64,000 nt of DNA from a bacterium (lineage in GTDB: Bacteria; SAR324; NAC60-12), in contig CBDBHR010000030.1 of NCBI GenBank assembly GCA_965205865.1, forward strand, positions 1,248,001 through 1,312,000, given 5' to 3'. The position numbers and the translations under genes were made by a program. Of this stretch, positions 9,424 through 20,183 are shown piece by piece. The notes under the pieces are model-generated. The model was not told the DNA's origin, did no database searches, and worked only from the letters and a program-made list of their open reading frames with translations. How positions within the stretch are numbered: position 1 is the stretch's first letter; each line of letters opens with the position of its first letter.

Positions 9424-11253
9424 CTACTTCCCCATGGCGTTCTTCAGCTCACTATCAATCCAGATGCGGGCCAGGTGGGTATTACGTTCACCCCATCCCA
9501 TACCCGCTTCACCGAAATAACCCTGGACCCACGGCTGGCTCACAGCAAAAGTAGGTGAGTTGGATTTGTTTAGGCCCCAGTGCTCCCTGACAGTGATCTC
9601 ATCGACCTGTCTCATAATACTCTTCAACTCCTCAATGTCGGTAGTTTTTTGGGCGGCATTATACAGGGCGTCCATTCGCGGGTCCTTCGCTTTGTTGTAG
9701 CTCCAGCTACCAATGTTTTGGTTTACCGACCCAATCCGCCAGATTAGGTTGCCGTAGCCTAAAACTAGCTCCATATATCCCCCACTCGGTAAGTGCCACT
9801 CGTGCGTGTCCGCTATTTGCAGCTCCAGACTCAGGTGTAGTCAGTATAACAAGCTCGCTTTCAACGCCAATGGCGTCGAAGTACCCCATGAGGATTTCCG
9901 GATAGGTCGGATCGTACCTGTCGTGCAGGGCTAGCTTGACCTTGAATCTATAGCCGTCGGCGCCGCGTGGATATCCAGACTCATCAAGTAACGCTTCTGC
10001 CCCTGCCGGGTCATACATATAGCCTTTCTTGACGTCTTCGGGCCAGTCTTCATATGGCCAGTAATACCCTACCTCGGATTGATATATTAACCCACTAGGT
10101 GTTGGATCTCCATAACCCTTAAAGTAGGTAGCGGCAATTGACTCGCGGTCCACTGACATCTGCAGTGCCTTGCGCACATTGACGTCGTCAACGGGCGGCA
10201 AAGCCCAGTTAAAATAGAAAACGCCCTGTGGCGTCTTATAACTGGGCCACACATCGATTTCAGGGTTGGTCTGCTGGAGGCTCTCTACATCGTCGATAGA
10301 GGATATAAAAGCGTCGCCGACGTTGCTCATCATATCAATCTTGCCCGTGCGCAGTGCTGTCAGACGTGTTGACATGTCCGGCATCAGTAGGGACCTGTAC
10401 TCGTCAATATAGGGTAGGCGGTTCTGCGGGTATTTTTCGTCGTAGCCCCAGTAGTTAGGATTCTTTTCCCAGGTTGCCGAGCTGCCCTCCACGAAATCAG
10501 TCAGTCTCAAAGGCCCGGTGCCGACCAGGTTCCTCCAATCCTTAGCGTCGCCGTATTGCTCGATTTGCTCGGGGGCGTGCGCTATCCAGTAGTTTTGGAG
10601 CATACCCCACGGCACCATGAGTTGAGGCTTCGTCAGCTTAATCTCAACCGTCCACTTGTCGGTGGCCGTTACCGATTCAATCTCTACACCCCAGGTGACA
10701 GCAAATACACACGTGGCGCAAGGTCCGTCTTCGCTGAAATCGCCCAGACCCAAATAGTGGTGATAGTTCCATTCGACGTCATAGGCATCGAACTCCCGAC
10801 CGTTCACCGGCGCCTTATCGTCCCAGTGAACGCCCTTGCGGATGTTCCAGATCCACGTTGTGGCGTCTTAATATTGGGCATTGACCAGCTTTCAGCCAGA
10901 TTCCCTCTAGTCATCTCTGGGCGCACAACCACGTATAAGTCAACGTGCTTTTCCCTGGATAGTCCCCAGTCGGCGAAGGATAGCCCCTCAGTAACGCCAC
11001 TGATGAGGTGGTGCGCCCAGCCACCAGCCCACCACACGTCGGTATTCTCAGGAAAGACCGTAGCAGCCCACGTGAGTGTCCCGCCATACTCTGGCGCGGT
11101 CCACGTCCTGCCGGTGGCGGGATCTTTTACCATCTCTTTGTCAGCAGCCACGGCTGCCGGGCTGACCCAGAGGGCGGCCACCATCAGGGTGAAGGTGAGC
11201 AACAAGGGTTGCATCCCCGCTTTTGCGAGGACAAGCTTTTGTACAGCAGACAA
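9424..11253 (-). pseudogene. family 5 ABC substrate-binding protein, frameshifted
   Basis: SBP homology split over ORFs 10804-11253, 9707-10807 and 9424-9774 (PEYGGT, GTGP, NPNYW, ARIWID). Confidence 0.88.
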
Positions 11254-11510
11254 AGAGCCTGCCGGGTTCAGCCTCGCGATGGAGGCGACAAATTATTTCA
11301 TAATAGAAAACATAGGAACCTCTCTAAATTGAGGGTTTTGAGAACGATTCACCCGACATGGGGCGAATCGGATTTTTGCGGCAGACACGACGTTTGCCAC
11401 GGTCAGCCCAAGGAAGCGGGCCAGAAATTTCTTAAGATATATAGGAACCTCGCTTGCTAAAGATAATGCTCGTTTCATAACTACCTTCTTATATGATTTG
11501 TAAACGTGAA

Positions 11511-11997
11511 GTGTAACTATTCAGGTCTCTGAAAAACCTGTTTAGTTAAATGTCGTGTAACTATTCAGGTCTCTGAAAAACCCGTTTAGTTCAATATCGG
11601 TGAAAAAAGATTCCCGAGGAGGATCCATCACTTCACTTCCTCCCGCACCTATTTTGAATCGAACGGGCGGGAACCCTCCCAAGATTTTGTTCAATCAATC
11701 AAGTGGGAACCCTCCCACGATATTGTTCAATCGGGCGGGAACCCTCTCCTTCACTAAAACAACTTCTACTTCGAGTGCTTCAATACATTTGAGGAGTTCT
11801 AATCGCTCTTGCTTCCATTGGTCCCGTTCTATTTCAAAGAGTTGACATGCTTCTTGAAAAGCCTCAAGGTGGGGAGTCGATGAAAGGGGATCAATATATT
11901 TTTGAACTTTCGAGAGCATAAAATCCTTTCCGGATTTTATGCTACGAAAAATGCGCGCCAAAATCGAAGGGGTCTCTAAAGAAGCCTGAATAGTTAC
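11511..11997. mobile_element. MITE-like element with GTAACTATTCAGG TIRs and a tandemly duplicated left end
   Basis: gtaactattcagg at 11513 and 11557 (44-bp tandem duplication), cctgaatagttac ending at 11997; internal segments recur near 1320, 57181, 57484, 59732 and 62461. Confidence 0.75.
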
Positions 11998-12183
11998 CCC
12001 AATTTAAATGAAATTCGATTTTGACAAACCCATAGAGTGCCAAGGGATCGGGTCCTTCAGATGGAAATTCATGATGATTCGAACGCGTTGACTTCACCGG
12101 CCCACGCAATTTATTGGAAGAAGCGCTGTGACGGATCAAACGGGCAGTGGACCAATCATCAACGTGAATAGTAGAAAGAAAGC

Positions 12184-12723
12184 ATGGCAGAGATTTGGAT
12201 TTTTGGATATGGATCGTTGATCTGGAATCCGGGGTTCACCTTCAAAGAGCAACAGGTTGGCTATATCCGGGGATGGGCCCGCCGTTTCTTCCAAGGATCT
12301 ACCGATCATCGTGGCACTCCTGATACGCCGGGGCGGGTTGCCACTTTGGTGGCCGAACCCGGAGCCACCTGTTGGGGTATTGCCTATCAAATATCCGAAA
12401 ATGGCGTTGAGTCTGTGTTTAACTACCTCGATTATCGGGAAAAAGGAGGATTCGAGCGATATGTCGAGATTTTTCATGCGGTCCATCCAAAAAGGCAGTC
12501 CCTTGTTCATGAGGTGATCGTTTACGTGGCAAGACACGACAATCCCAATTACTTGGGACCGGCAGCGCTGACGGAGATGGCCCATCAAATTTTTCATTCC
12601 ACCGGACCCAGTGGTCCGAATGTCGAATATCTGGTAAAGCTGGCTGACAGTTTGCGTTCCTTGGGTGTCGTGGACGACCATGTTTTCGAATTGGAGCAAC
12701 ACGTCCATGCACTTGCCGGATAA
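12184..12723 (+). CDS. chaC: glutathione-specific gamma-glutamylcyclotransferase
   Basis: WIFGYGSLIW, HRGTP..PGRV, YLDYRE, GPSGPN.EY. Confidence 0.93.
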   Translation: MAEIWIFGYGSLIWNPGFTFKEQQVGYIRGWARRFFQGSTDHRGTPDTPGRVATLVAEPGATCWGIAYQISENGVESVFNYLDYREKGGFERYVEIFHAVHPKRQSLVHEVIVYVARHDNPNYLGPAALTEMAHQIFHSTGPSGPNVEYLVKLADSLRSLGVVDDHVFELEQHVHALAG

Positions 12724-12746
12724 CAGACAGGCCAAAGGAGTTTCCA

Positions 12747-13583
12747 ATGCTCAGCGAAAGCCAACTGTTCACTTTCATAGGCGAGGATCGTAAATTTGCT
12801 CTCTATTTTTTGGAGGGTCAAAAATTGATCTACGATCTGCTCCTCACCCACCGGTTGAGACAAGCCGGTATTTCCTATTTTCGATCGGCGGTGCTCAGTA
12901 TCCAACTGATGCTCGGATTGTTGAAAAAGGGAGAACATTTTTGTTTTTATATTGATTCCGAAACCCCGTATTTCCGTCTCAAAATCGAAATGAATGCCGC
13001 AGGTCTGATGCGGGGAATGCTTTATCCAAATAAACTCCACGCCGTACCCGGTCCCATCCAAGGGCAGGTGCGGCTTGTCAAATTTTTTCCTTATTCGGAA
13101 CGACCGTATCAGTCCACCTTGGAAGTGCGGGACGTTGATGAAAACGAAATCATCAACCATGTGCTTGCGCAATCCTATCAAGTCAACAGCCGGATCAGCA
13201 TTTCCAGCCACAGTGACCAAAGTTTCATGCTGCATCAATTGCCGTTGACCGCCCAGGAAAATCCATCAGACCTGACAGAAGCCTTCAACCAGTGCCATCA
13301 CCCCTTGCGCAAAATTATGGCAAAGGGATTGTCTGATAATGAAACCCTCCAAGAAGAATTTGAAAAAATCGGATTTCATTATCTGGCAAAAAAAACCGTA
13401 CAATTTAAATGTGGATGCTCGCAAGAACAGATGATCGACAATGTTAAAAAATTTGCCACAAATGGGAACACCGAGCTATTCCCGTCCGGAGAAGATACTG
13501 TCGAGGTGGTGTGTGAGTATTGCAAAGTGGCCTATCACATCACTCAGCGGAATATTCAGGAACACTCCACTGATCCTAGTTGA
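12747..13583 (+). CDS. hslO: Hsp33 family redox-regulated chaperone
   Basis: C-terminal F.CGCS...VCEYC zinc motif; 278 aa. Confidence 0.85.
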   Translation: MLSESQLFTFIGEDRKFALYFLEGQKLIYDLLLTHRLRQAGISYFRSAVLSIQLMLGLLKKGEHFCFYIDSETPYFRLKIEMNAAGLMRGMLYPNKLHAVPGPIQGQVRLVKFFPYSERPYQSTLEVRDVDENEIINHVLAQSYQVNSRISISSHSDQSFMLHQLPLTAQENPSDLTEAFNQCHHPLRKIMAKGLSDNETLQEEFEKIGFHYLAKKTVQFKCGCSQEQMIDNVKKFATNGNTELFPSGEDTVEVVCEYCKVAYHITQRNIQEHSTDPS

Positions 13584-13727
13584 GGCCCTTGCTTGTACCG
13601 CTTACTCGGAGTTTCGTGGTATGGCGGCGACAAAACGAAAGTGACAGTGAGATTAAAAAAAGTTATCACATATTGGTGATACGTAATTTCTCTGAAAACG
13701 TCTTCAATTTTTATCGTCCACTCGATT

Positions 13728-14438
13728 ATGACAGCAAAAACGATATCAAATATACTGAGGGATCTTGGTAATCCTTCAATTGCGGAACATTCTCAACGTT
13801 TTTTTAAGACCGCTGAAGGCGAGTACGGCGCAGGCGATCGATTTCTCGGTATCCGGGTTCCCCTGCTCAGGGCGCAGGTCAAAAAACACAAAAAAACACC
13901 ACGCCACGAAATATTGCAACTACTCCACTCGCCCTTTCATGAAGAACGATTGTTTGCCCTATTGTTGTTTGTGGAGCAATTCAAACGGGGAGATTCTGAG
14001 GAAAAAACCGCCATCTATCAACTGTACCTGAAGCACACCCGATACATCAATAATTGGGATTTGGTGGACTGTTCCGCGCACCATATCGTGGGTCCCTATT
14101 TAGAAGGCAAAGACAGGCAGATCCTTTATGATTTGGCGCGGTCCGAAAATCTGTGGGAGCGAAGGATTGCAATCATGGCGACATTGTACCGGATCCGAAA
14201 GAACGAATTTGCGGATGCGCTCGAGATTGCCGACATGCTGCGGCAGGACAGAGAAGATTTGATTCACAAGTCGGTGGGCTGGATGCTCAGAGAAATTGGC
14301 AAGCGAAATCAAAAGGTTGAAGAAACCTTTCTAAAGAAGCACTACCAAACCATGCCTCGTACCATGTTACGTTACGCGGTCGAAAAATTTCCTGAACAAA
14401 AACGGCAACTGTATTTGAGAGGAATGCCATTGGATTGA
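13728..14438 (+). CDS. DNA alkylation repair protein (AlkD family)
   Basis: FFKT..GEYG.GD.FLG, INNWDLVD, LWERR, KSVGWMLRE, PRTMLRYA.E. Confidence 0.92.
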   Translation: MTAKTISNILRDLGNPSIAEHSQRFFKTAEGEYGAGDRFLGIRVPLLRAQVKKHKKTPRHEILQLLHSPFHEERLFALLLFVEQFKRGDSEEKTAIYQLYLKHTRYINNWDLVDCSAHHIVGPYLEGKDRQILYDLARSENLWERRIAIMATLYRIRKNEFADALEIADMLRQDREDLIHKSVGWMLREIGKRNQKVEETFLKKHYQTMPRTMLRYAVEKFPEQKRQLYLRGMPLD

Positions 14439-14472
14439 GACCTCGTGACAATTCCCACTTGTCCGTTGTTGT

Positions 14473-15552
14473 TTACTTTGCTTTCTTGAGTTTGGTGAAG
14501 CTATCGCTTGGCTTTTCCCGGGAAACGACTCCACGCAAAAGCCGTCCCAACAGATCAGCTCCTGTGATAATTCGTTTTTCCTCCCCCCAAAAGAGAATCA
14601 GATCTTTGTCAATCACATCATCTTCAGCATGTTCCGGATTGACTTTGAAGTTCTGAATCACCTGTCCCAGGGTTTTCTGGGAATCGTATACTACAAGCGG
14701 GTGATGACAGTAGCGGTAGGGATCCAATTCTTCTTTTATTTGATAGAGGACGTCTTTTAAAAAGGCACAGGCATTCAGTACTAACTTTGGCGCACCTTCG
14801 AGGTCCGTGAGGATGACCCATTTCTTATGGGAAGCATAGACACTTTGCAAGAAAGGATCGGCCGGATTCCGGGCGAACTCCGGAAAAAGGGGTAAATCGA
14901 TACCCAAGGGCAGGGCAATAATGCTTTGAGGATGAACGGGCTCGCCTTCTTGGGTCATTTTAAGATCATCCAAATATAAAAAATTCAGCGCACCCAAACC
15001 CTCGAGTCTGCCAATATCGGATTCTTCCGCATGGACGTGTTTTTTCAGAAACTGCTTGAAGCTGCTTTCCCGGATATACTGAATACCCTCTGGGCCCAAC
15101 CACCAGTCTAAAAACAGGGCGGAAGGTTTGGCAACCGGCCACAACAAATACTCATAAATCCGCACCAGCGGCGCAAAAAAAGCTCCCAGTCTGAGAGCAT
15201 TACGGGAAGAATAAGCTTGTGGCAGGATCTCACCAAATAAAGTGATTCCCACAGAAGAAAAAAGAAAGGCGCTGACCCCAGCCATCACCGAATCGGACAA
15301 CAACGTCAGCAATACATTAATGCTCACGTTTCCCCAAAGCAAAGTCGTGAGCAGCAGATTGAAATCCTTACGCATTTCCAAAACAACAGCAGCATGGGCA
15401 TTGCCTGCTTCCGCTTCGGACTCCAGCCTGAGACGATTGATACCGAGAATGCCCAAATTGAGACCGGAAAACATGGCCGACTGGGTCAGGCACAACGCAA
15501 TCCCGATCCAGGTCATCCAAGTGGTCGTTTTGATTTCAAAAATAAAATCCAT
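14473..15552 (-). CDS. CNNM/DUF21 domain membrane protein
   Basis: SAMFSGLNLG, LLTTLLWGNV, FGEILPQA motifs. Confidence 0.88.
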   Translation of the reverse strand: MDFIFEIKTTTWMTWIGIALCLTQSAMFSGLNLGILGINRLRLESEAEAGNAHAAVVLEMRKDFNLLLTTLLWGNVSINVLLTLLSDSVMAGVSAFLFSSVGITLFGEILPQAYSSRNALRLGAFFAPLVRIYEYLLWPVAKPSALFLDWWLGPEGIQYIRESSFKQFLKKHVHAEESDIGRLEGLGALNFLYLDDLKMTQEGEPVHPQSIIALPLGIDLPLFPEFARNPADPFLQSVYASHKKWVILTDLEGAPKLVLNACAFLKDVLYQIKEELDPYRYCHHPLVVYDSQKTLGQVIQNFKVNPEHAEDDVIDKDLILFWGEEKRIITGADLLGRLLRGVVSREKPSDSFTKLKKAK

Positions 15553-15671
15553 GGCCTTATGCAATCCTCGTATACACAATTACTAGCATGACATTTTCAT
15601 TTGATCAATACAATCTCAATCTTGAGATAGTGGCTTTCCACTGCTTGAATGGCATTTCACCAATTTTTTCC

Positions 15672-16265
15672 TCAGGGAAGTCCAAAGGGTGGGTCGGTGC
15701 AGGGAGACGCTTTCCACTGGGGATTGCGCAAGCTGGTCATAAAGTGGCATTCCCATCTTCCGTTGATCCTGAGATAATTTTCTTCCTGCCCGTTTATTTG
15801 AAATCCCAAACGTTTCAAGAGCCGGGCGCTCCTGTTGTTGCGGGGAATGTAGCTGGCTTCGATACGATGAAAATTCAACTGCTTGAAGATGAAATGAATC
15901 GCTGTTTCCAAGGATTCGACCATCATCCCTTTGCCTTCATAATTTTGATCGATTTTGTATCCCAAGCGGCACGATTGGAAAGCGCCACGCTCAAAATTAG
16001 TGAAATTGATCATCCCAATCATTTTTTTTGAGGACGATTCGTAAATATTCAAGCGCATTGATTTATCTTCCAGAAATTCTTGACGAACCTGCAGGATCGT
16101 ATTTCTCCAAAAGCGGATCGTATAGTATTCCTCATGTTTGAGCGGTTCCCAAGGTGCTAAATGGGTTTCGTTTTTTCTGCAAAATGTCATCATGTCGGCA
16201 GCCTCCCTGACTTCAGGAAAGCGCAGGGTGAGACGTTTTGTTTTAAGAATAGGGAAAGGCGTCAT
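15672..16265 (-). CDS. RimJ/RimL-type GNAT N-acetyltransferase
   Basis: T.RL.LR, HLAPWEP, FQSC.LGY, GKG.M.E, HRIEA, N.RS..LL.RLGF. Confidence 0.9.
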   Translation of the reverse strand: MTPFPILKTKRLTLRFPEVREAADMMTFCRKNETHLAPWEPLKHEEYYTIRFWRNTILQVRQEFLEDKSMRLNIYESSSKKMIGMINFTNFERGAFQSCRLGYKIDQNYEGKGMMVESLETAIHFIFKQLNFHRIEASYIPRNNRSARLLKRLGFQINGQEENYLRINGRWECHFMTSLRNPQWKASPCTDPPFGLP

Positions 16266-16664
16266 CTTTTCTCAGTCCGGTAAAATATGACAAATGACGG
16301 ACTCAGCGTCCTCCTTTTAAACGTCATACGGTCGATATGCCTTGGTGGGCGTCTTCCGGTCATTGCGTTTCTTGAACAAATTCCTCTGGCTTCTCCAATT
16401 CAATACCGGTATGATTTTTCAATTGACATGCGAGCACTCATCACGGTCGAGTCACGCAAAACTCAAGAATGAGCAGTCCGGGATATGAATAAAAACGTCC
16501 GCTGACGTATCCGCATTATGCGGGAAAAAAAACAGAAAATGCAATACTCGATATCCCGTCCCGTGTCTTCGACATGCAATGGGATTGTACCTGCAACAAA
16601 CTGATTTTGGGCAACAATTTTAACCGGGTTAACTATCACAGCGCATCAACGCGGAATTTGAGCA

Positions 16665-17312
16665 ATGAAAGAAATGAATGATAGAGGACCCACCCGCTTT
16701 ATTTTTGTGCGTCATGGACAAACTGAATGGAATGCGCGGGAAATCTGGCAGGGGCATCAAGACAGTCCACTGACGCAAAGAGGGCATCAGCAAGTTGCCG
16801 CTTTAGGGACGCGCATGAAAACGATGGAGTTTGACTGTCTTTACAGCAGTGACTTGGGCAGGGCCTGGCAAACCGCACAATCGATTGCAAAAGCGACGGG
16901 ACATTCGATTGCCGGAGAATTCTTCCTGCGGGAAAAAAATCTGGGCATATTTGAAGGACACGACACCGAACGACTCTTGGAACTCTACCCGGCAGAATAT
17001 GAGCAATTTCATACCTTTGATCCCGACTATGTCATTCCTCATGGAGAGAGCATCCGCCAATTTTTTAACCGCTCCGTAGCCGGATTTGAAACCTTGGCTG
17101 AGCGCCATCCTCAGCAAACCGTGGTTGTGGTTTCCCATGGTGGCGTCCTGGCAAATTTATTCCGCCATATTTTTGAACTCCCTTTGAAAATGCGCCAGCG
17201 TATCGATATTAAAAATACCAGTTTGAACGCCGTTTCCCACCTGGAAGGAAATTGGAGGCTTCATTTCTGGGGCGATATTGCGCATTTGGAAGGTCTGTCT
17301 TTCCTCTCCTGA
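16665..17312 (+). CDS. histidine phosphatase (phosphoglycerate mutase-like) family protein
   Basis: RHGQT, SSDLGRA, GES, SHGG. Confidence 0.93.
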   Translation: MKEMNDRGPTRFIFVRHGQTEWNAREIWQGHQDSPLTQRGHQQVAALGTRMKTMEFDCLYSSDLGRAWQTAQSIAKATGHSIAGEFFLREKNLGIFEGHDTERLLELYPAEYEQFHTFDPDYVIPHGESIRQFFNRSVAGFETLAERHPQQTVVVVSHGGVLANLFRHIFELPLKMRQRIDIKNTSLNAVSHLEGNWRLHFWGDIAHLEGLSFLS

Positions 17313-17317
17313 AACAG

Positions 17318-19348
17318 ATGGAAAATACACTCTCTTTTTCAATCTCTCCCCGTTGCAAAAAACGGCTGAGGTCCCGCATTTTTTTCTGTGGCGCTTTACT
17401 TTGTATTTTCTCCTTACAAGCGCAGGCAGCGTCTTTGTTCATGGAGAGCGTGGTCGGTTTGAACGGAACCTTCAAACAGAATAGTTGGACCCCGCTTTCC
17501 GTACGGATAGAAAACCGCGGAAAGACGACAAAGGGCGCCCTCGATGTGATTATCCGCTCCGGGAACGAGTATCAAAACAACATCGAGGAAACGGTCTACC
17601 GGAGAACCATCGAGTTACCCCCCAATTCAACAAAAAAATATGATTTCTTTCTATTTATTCAAACAATCGCGCATCCGGTGCGCATCCAACTTTCCAACGA
17701 CGGTGAAATTCTCGAGGAGGAATCGCTGTCGCTTAGAAATCGATTCACTGAAAAAAAAATCGTTCTGGTTTTAGGAGATCGGGGGAACTCAAAATACTTC
17801 AATGAAACGGCGCCGGTACGGGAAAGCGAGGCAATCGAACCCTTGTTTCTGCGGCCTGGCGCCCTTCCTCGCAGTTGGTTTGGCTACGATGGCGTAGAAT
17901 CCGTGATGTTACAGGGAGGGGTGCTCAAACATTTGAGCAAAACCCAACTACATGCCTTGTCACAATGGGTGCAAAGCGGCGGTTTTTTGCTGCTCACAGG
18001 CGACATTGATTATAGTTTTTTTGCGGATGAGGCAATGAAAAATCTCATTGACATAAAAGTGGTTGGATTACAGCGCGTCACTCAACTCAATGCTCTGGAG
18101 GAATTTTCCGGAGCACCGTTTGTCGCAAAGGATCCTTTTTTGATTTTGAATACAAGGGTGCCACGTAGCCTGGTCCTTTTAGAAGAAGGGCAAATTCCGC
18201 TGGTGGTTGAAAAATCGCTGGGAAGCGGGAAAATATTATTCCTGGCTTTCGATTTCCAATCCTCCATGTTTCAGGATTGGCAAGGCAATTTAAATTTCTG
18301 GCAGTGGCTCAATCGCTTTCGTCCACCTGCGGAACCCTCAATGCTAGGTCTGCCTGAAAAAGAAATTCTGGTCGCGCTGATTGCATCCCTTTCCACACGC
18401 TCTCCCGAGTTTTACTTGATCGTGGCGTTTCTGGTAATTTATGCAATTGGAAGCAGAGTCTTTTATATCCGCATACATAGCGCTGAAGACTGGCAGAAAT
18501 GGATATTCCCTTTTGTCTTGTTCTTACTGTTCTTTATTGTTGGCAGCGGTAGCTATTACCATTTCAGACAAGCATCCAATGCGCAACTCAGCAGCTTCAC
18601 CCTGCTGACCAAAAAAGCGCACTCTGCATTTGCATACGTTCAACAATGGATCACCGTTTATTCATTCCACCGGCATCGCTATCAATTGGAGACTCCTTCC
18701 ACTATGCAACCCATTCGTTTTCTTGAATCGAGCTTTGTCAAAATCCCTGAAAAAGAAAGATTCCTGTTGGAACGGAAAATCGACCGGCAGATCATTGGAA
18801 TCCCCCTGCGACGTTGGTCCCATCAGGTCTTGACAAGCAAACAACCGCTGGAATTTCCTTTGCAGGGAAGGTTTTGGAAAGAACAGGAAAACTGGACCTT
18901 CGTGCTCGAAAATAAAACTGAATTTGATTTTAAGAATTGCCGGATCTATGTTTTGGATCGTCTCATTCCAATAGAGGACTTGCCTTCCCAAAAAAGAAAA
19001 ACGCTGCGCCTCAGTCAAACTCAAATATTGAAATATGAGGTGCTTCAACAAAAAACAACAGGCAAGACCGCAAAAATCTTATCCTCGGATATCAACCTGT
19101 TTCAGCACACTGCTTCTTTTTTGGAAGATTTCCGGCAAAATTTCGAGGCGCCCCTGCTCAATTCACTTGCTTCCAATTATCGTTCGCAACCGGATCGCAT
19201 ACTATTGATAGGGTGGCTGGATGAAGATTTGGGGGGAATGGCTGCCGATCTTTCACGGCAGAGCAAAAAACACGTTACTCTACTGGAGTGGGAAATACCA
19301 CGGCGTGACACCCTTGCCGATGCTCCGTCTCGCCGAAACACCCTGTAA
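17318..19348 (+). CDS. large exported/membrane protein of the MoxR-VWA operon (GATase-like middle domain)
   Basis: N-terminal hydrophobic segment, WTPL.V.IEN, AL.QWV.SGG.L, GSG.I, two further TM helices. Confidence 0.7.
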   Translation: MENTLSFSISPRCKKRLRSRIFFCGALLCIFSLQAQAASLFMESVVGLNGTFKQNSWTPLSVRIENRGKTTKGALDVIIRSGNEYQNNIEETVYRRTIELPPNSTKKYDFFLFIQTIAHPVRIQLSNDGEILEEESLSLRNRFTEKKIVLVLGDRGNSKYFNETAPVRESEAIEPLFLRPGALPRSWFGYDGVESVMLQGGVLKHLSKTQLHALSQWVQSGGFLLLTGDIDYSFFADEAMKNLIDIKVVGLQRVTQLNALEEFSGAPFVAKDPFLILNTRVPRSLVLLEEGQIPLVVEKSLGSGKILFLAFDFQSSMFQDWQGNLNFWQWLNRFRPPAEPSMLGLPEKEILVALIASLSTRSPEFYLIVAFLVIYAIGSRVFYIRIHSAEDWQKWIFPFVLFLLFFIVGSGSYYHFRQASNAQLSSFTLLTKKAHSAFAYVQQWITVYSFHRHRYQLETPSTMQPIRFLESSFVKIPEKERFLLERKIDRQIIGIPLRRWSHQVLTSKQPLEFPLQGRFWKEQENWTFVLENKTEFDFKNCRIYVLDRLIPIEDLPSQKRKTLRLSQTQILKYEVLQQKTTGKTAKILSSDINLFQHTASFLEDFRQNFEAPLLNSLASNYRSQPDRILLIGWLDEDLGGMAADLSRQSKKHVTLLEWEIPRRDTLADAPSRRNTL

Positions 19349-19373
19349 ATTCTCGATTGAAATTCGACTCACC

Positions 19374-20183
19374 ATGAAAATCACGCTTCTTCAAAAAATG
19401 AAACTGGTTCTGCAACATCCTGCCATGCAGACTGTTTACAATGATTTTCTGCTGGGGAAAAATCCTCAACGGTCCTTGAATTACGTCCTTAATCCTCCCT
19501 TGGTGGCGCTGCTTTCTTATGGAATTTGGTCGCTCGGAATCCTCCTCCTGATTTTTTGGCCTCAAAAAGAAATTCCCGAATATTTTCTGAACAATGAAAT
19601 TCCCATCAATTTTTTAGTGATTGCCGAAGTGCTATTGCTGGGAAGCGCCTACATCAATCTGATTTGCGGTCGAGGAGAATTCATGCGGGGATATTTGAAC
19701 CCCTATTTGTCACCTCCCTTGGTAACTTGGGAAGAGTCACGCGATTTTCTCAAATATGGGTTGGTTAAATTGACCATCCAGACCCTTCTCACGCTGCTGC
19801 CTTTCCTGCCTTTTCTTTTCATTGCGGCATCTCTCTCTCAAGTTTCCTGGAACGGGTTTTTCAAAGGAGTGAGCATCATTTTGAGTTTTTCCCTGCTTTG
19901 CCGTTTGTTTGGTTTTTTGACCCACCTGTATTGGGGAATCAACCTCAAAGCTCATTACTCGAGTCGCTTCTTCTTGTTGGCTTTTCTTGGCATTACCTAT
20001 TTCTTTGTTGCCTGGATCAGTCCATTGGCCTTACTCTATGATTTACATCGACATGCAAACGAAATCGTGACAAACCCCTTGAATTCTTATACTGTGTATT
20101 TAACTTTCACTGCCCTGATGATTGGCTTGTTGATTCTCACCATTCACATCCTGCTGCGACATCGACCATCCTGGGAGGAATGA
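19374..20183 (+). CDS. multi-pass membrane protein (ABC-2 permease-like)
   Basis: About six hydrophobic segments; stop overlaps the next start (ATGA). Confidence 0.65.
   Translation: MKITLLQKMKLVLQHPAMQTVYNDFLLGKNPQRSLNYVLNPPLVALLSYGIWSLGILLLIFWPQKEIPEYFLNNEIPINFLVIAEVLLLGSAYINLICGRGEFMRGYLNPYLSPPLVTWEESRDFLKYGLVKLTIQTLLTLLPFLPFLFIAASLSQVSWNGFFKGVSIILSFSLLCRLFGFLTHLYWGINLKAHYSSRFFLLAFLGITYFFVAWISPLALLYDLHRHANEIVTNPLNSYTVYLTFTALMIGLLILTIHILLRHRPSWEE

Noticed and set aside
11650-11750. ~33-bp repeats as a CRISPR array
   Set aside because: Only 2-3 degenerate adjacent units, no unique spacers and no cas genes; part of a dispersed element.
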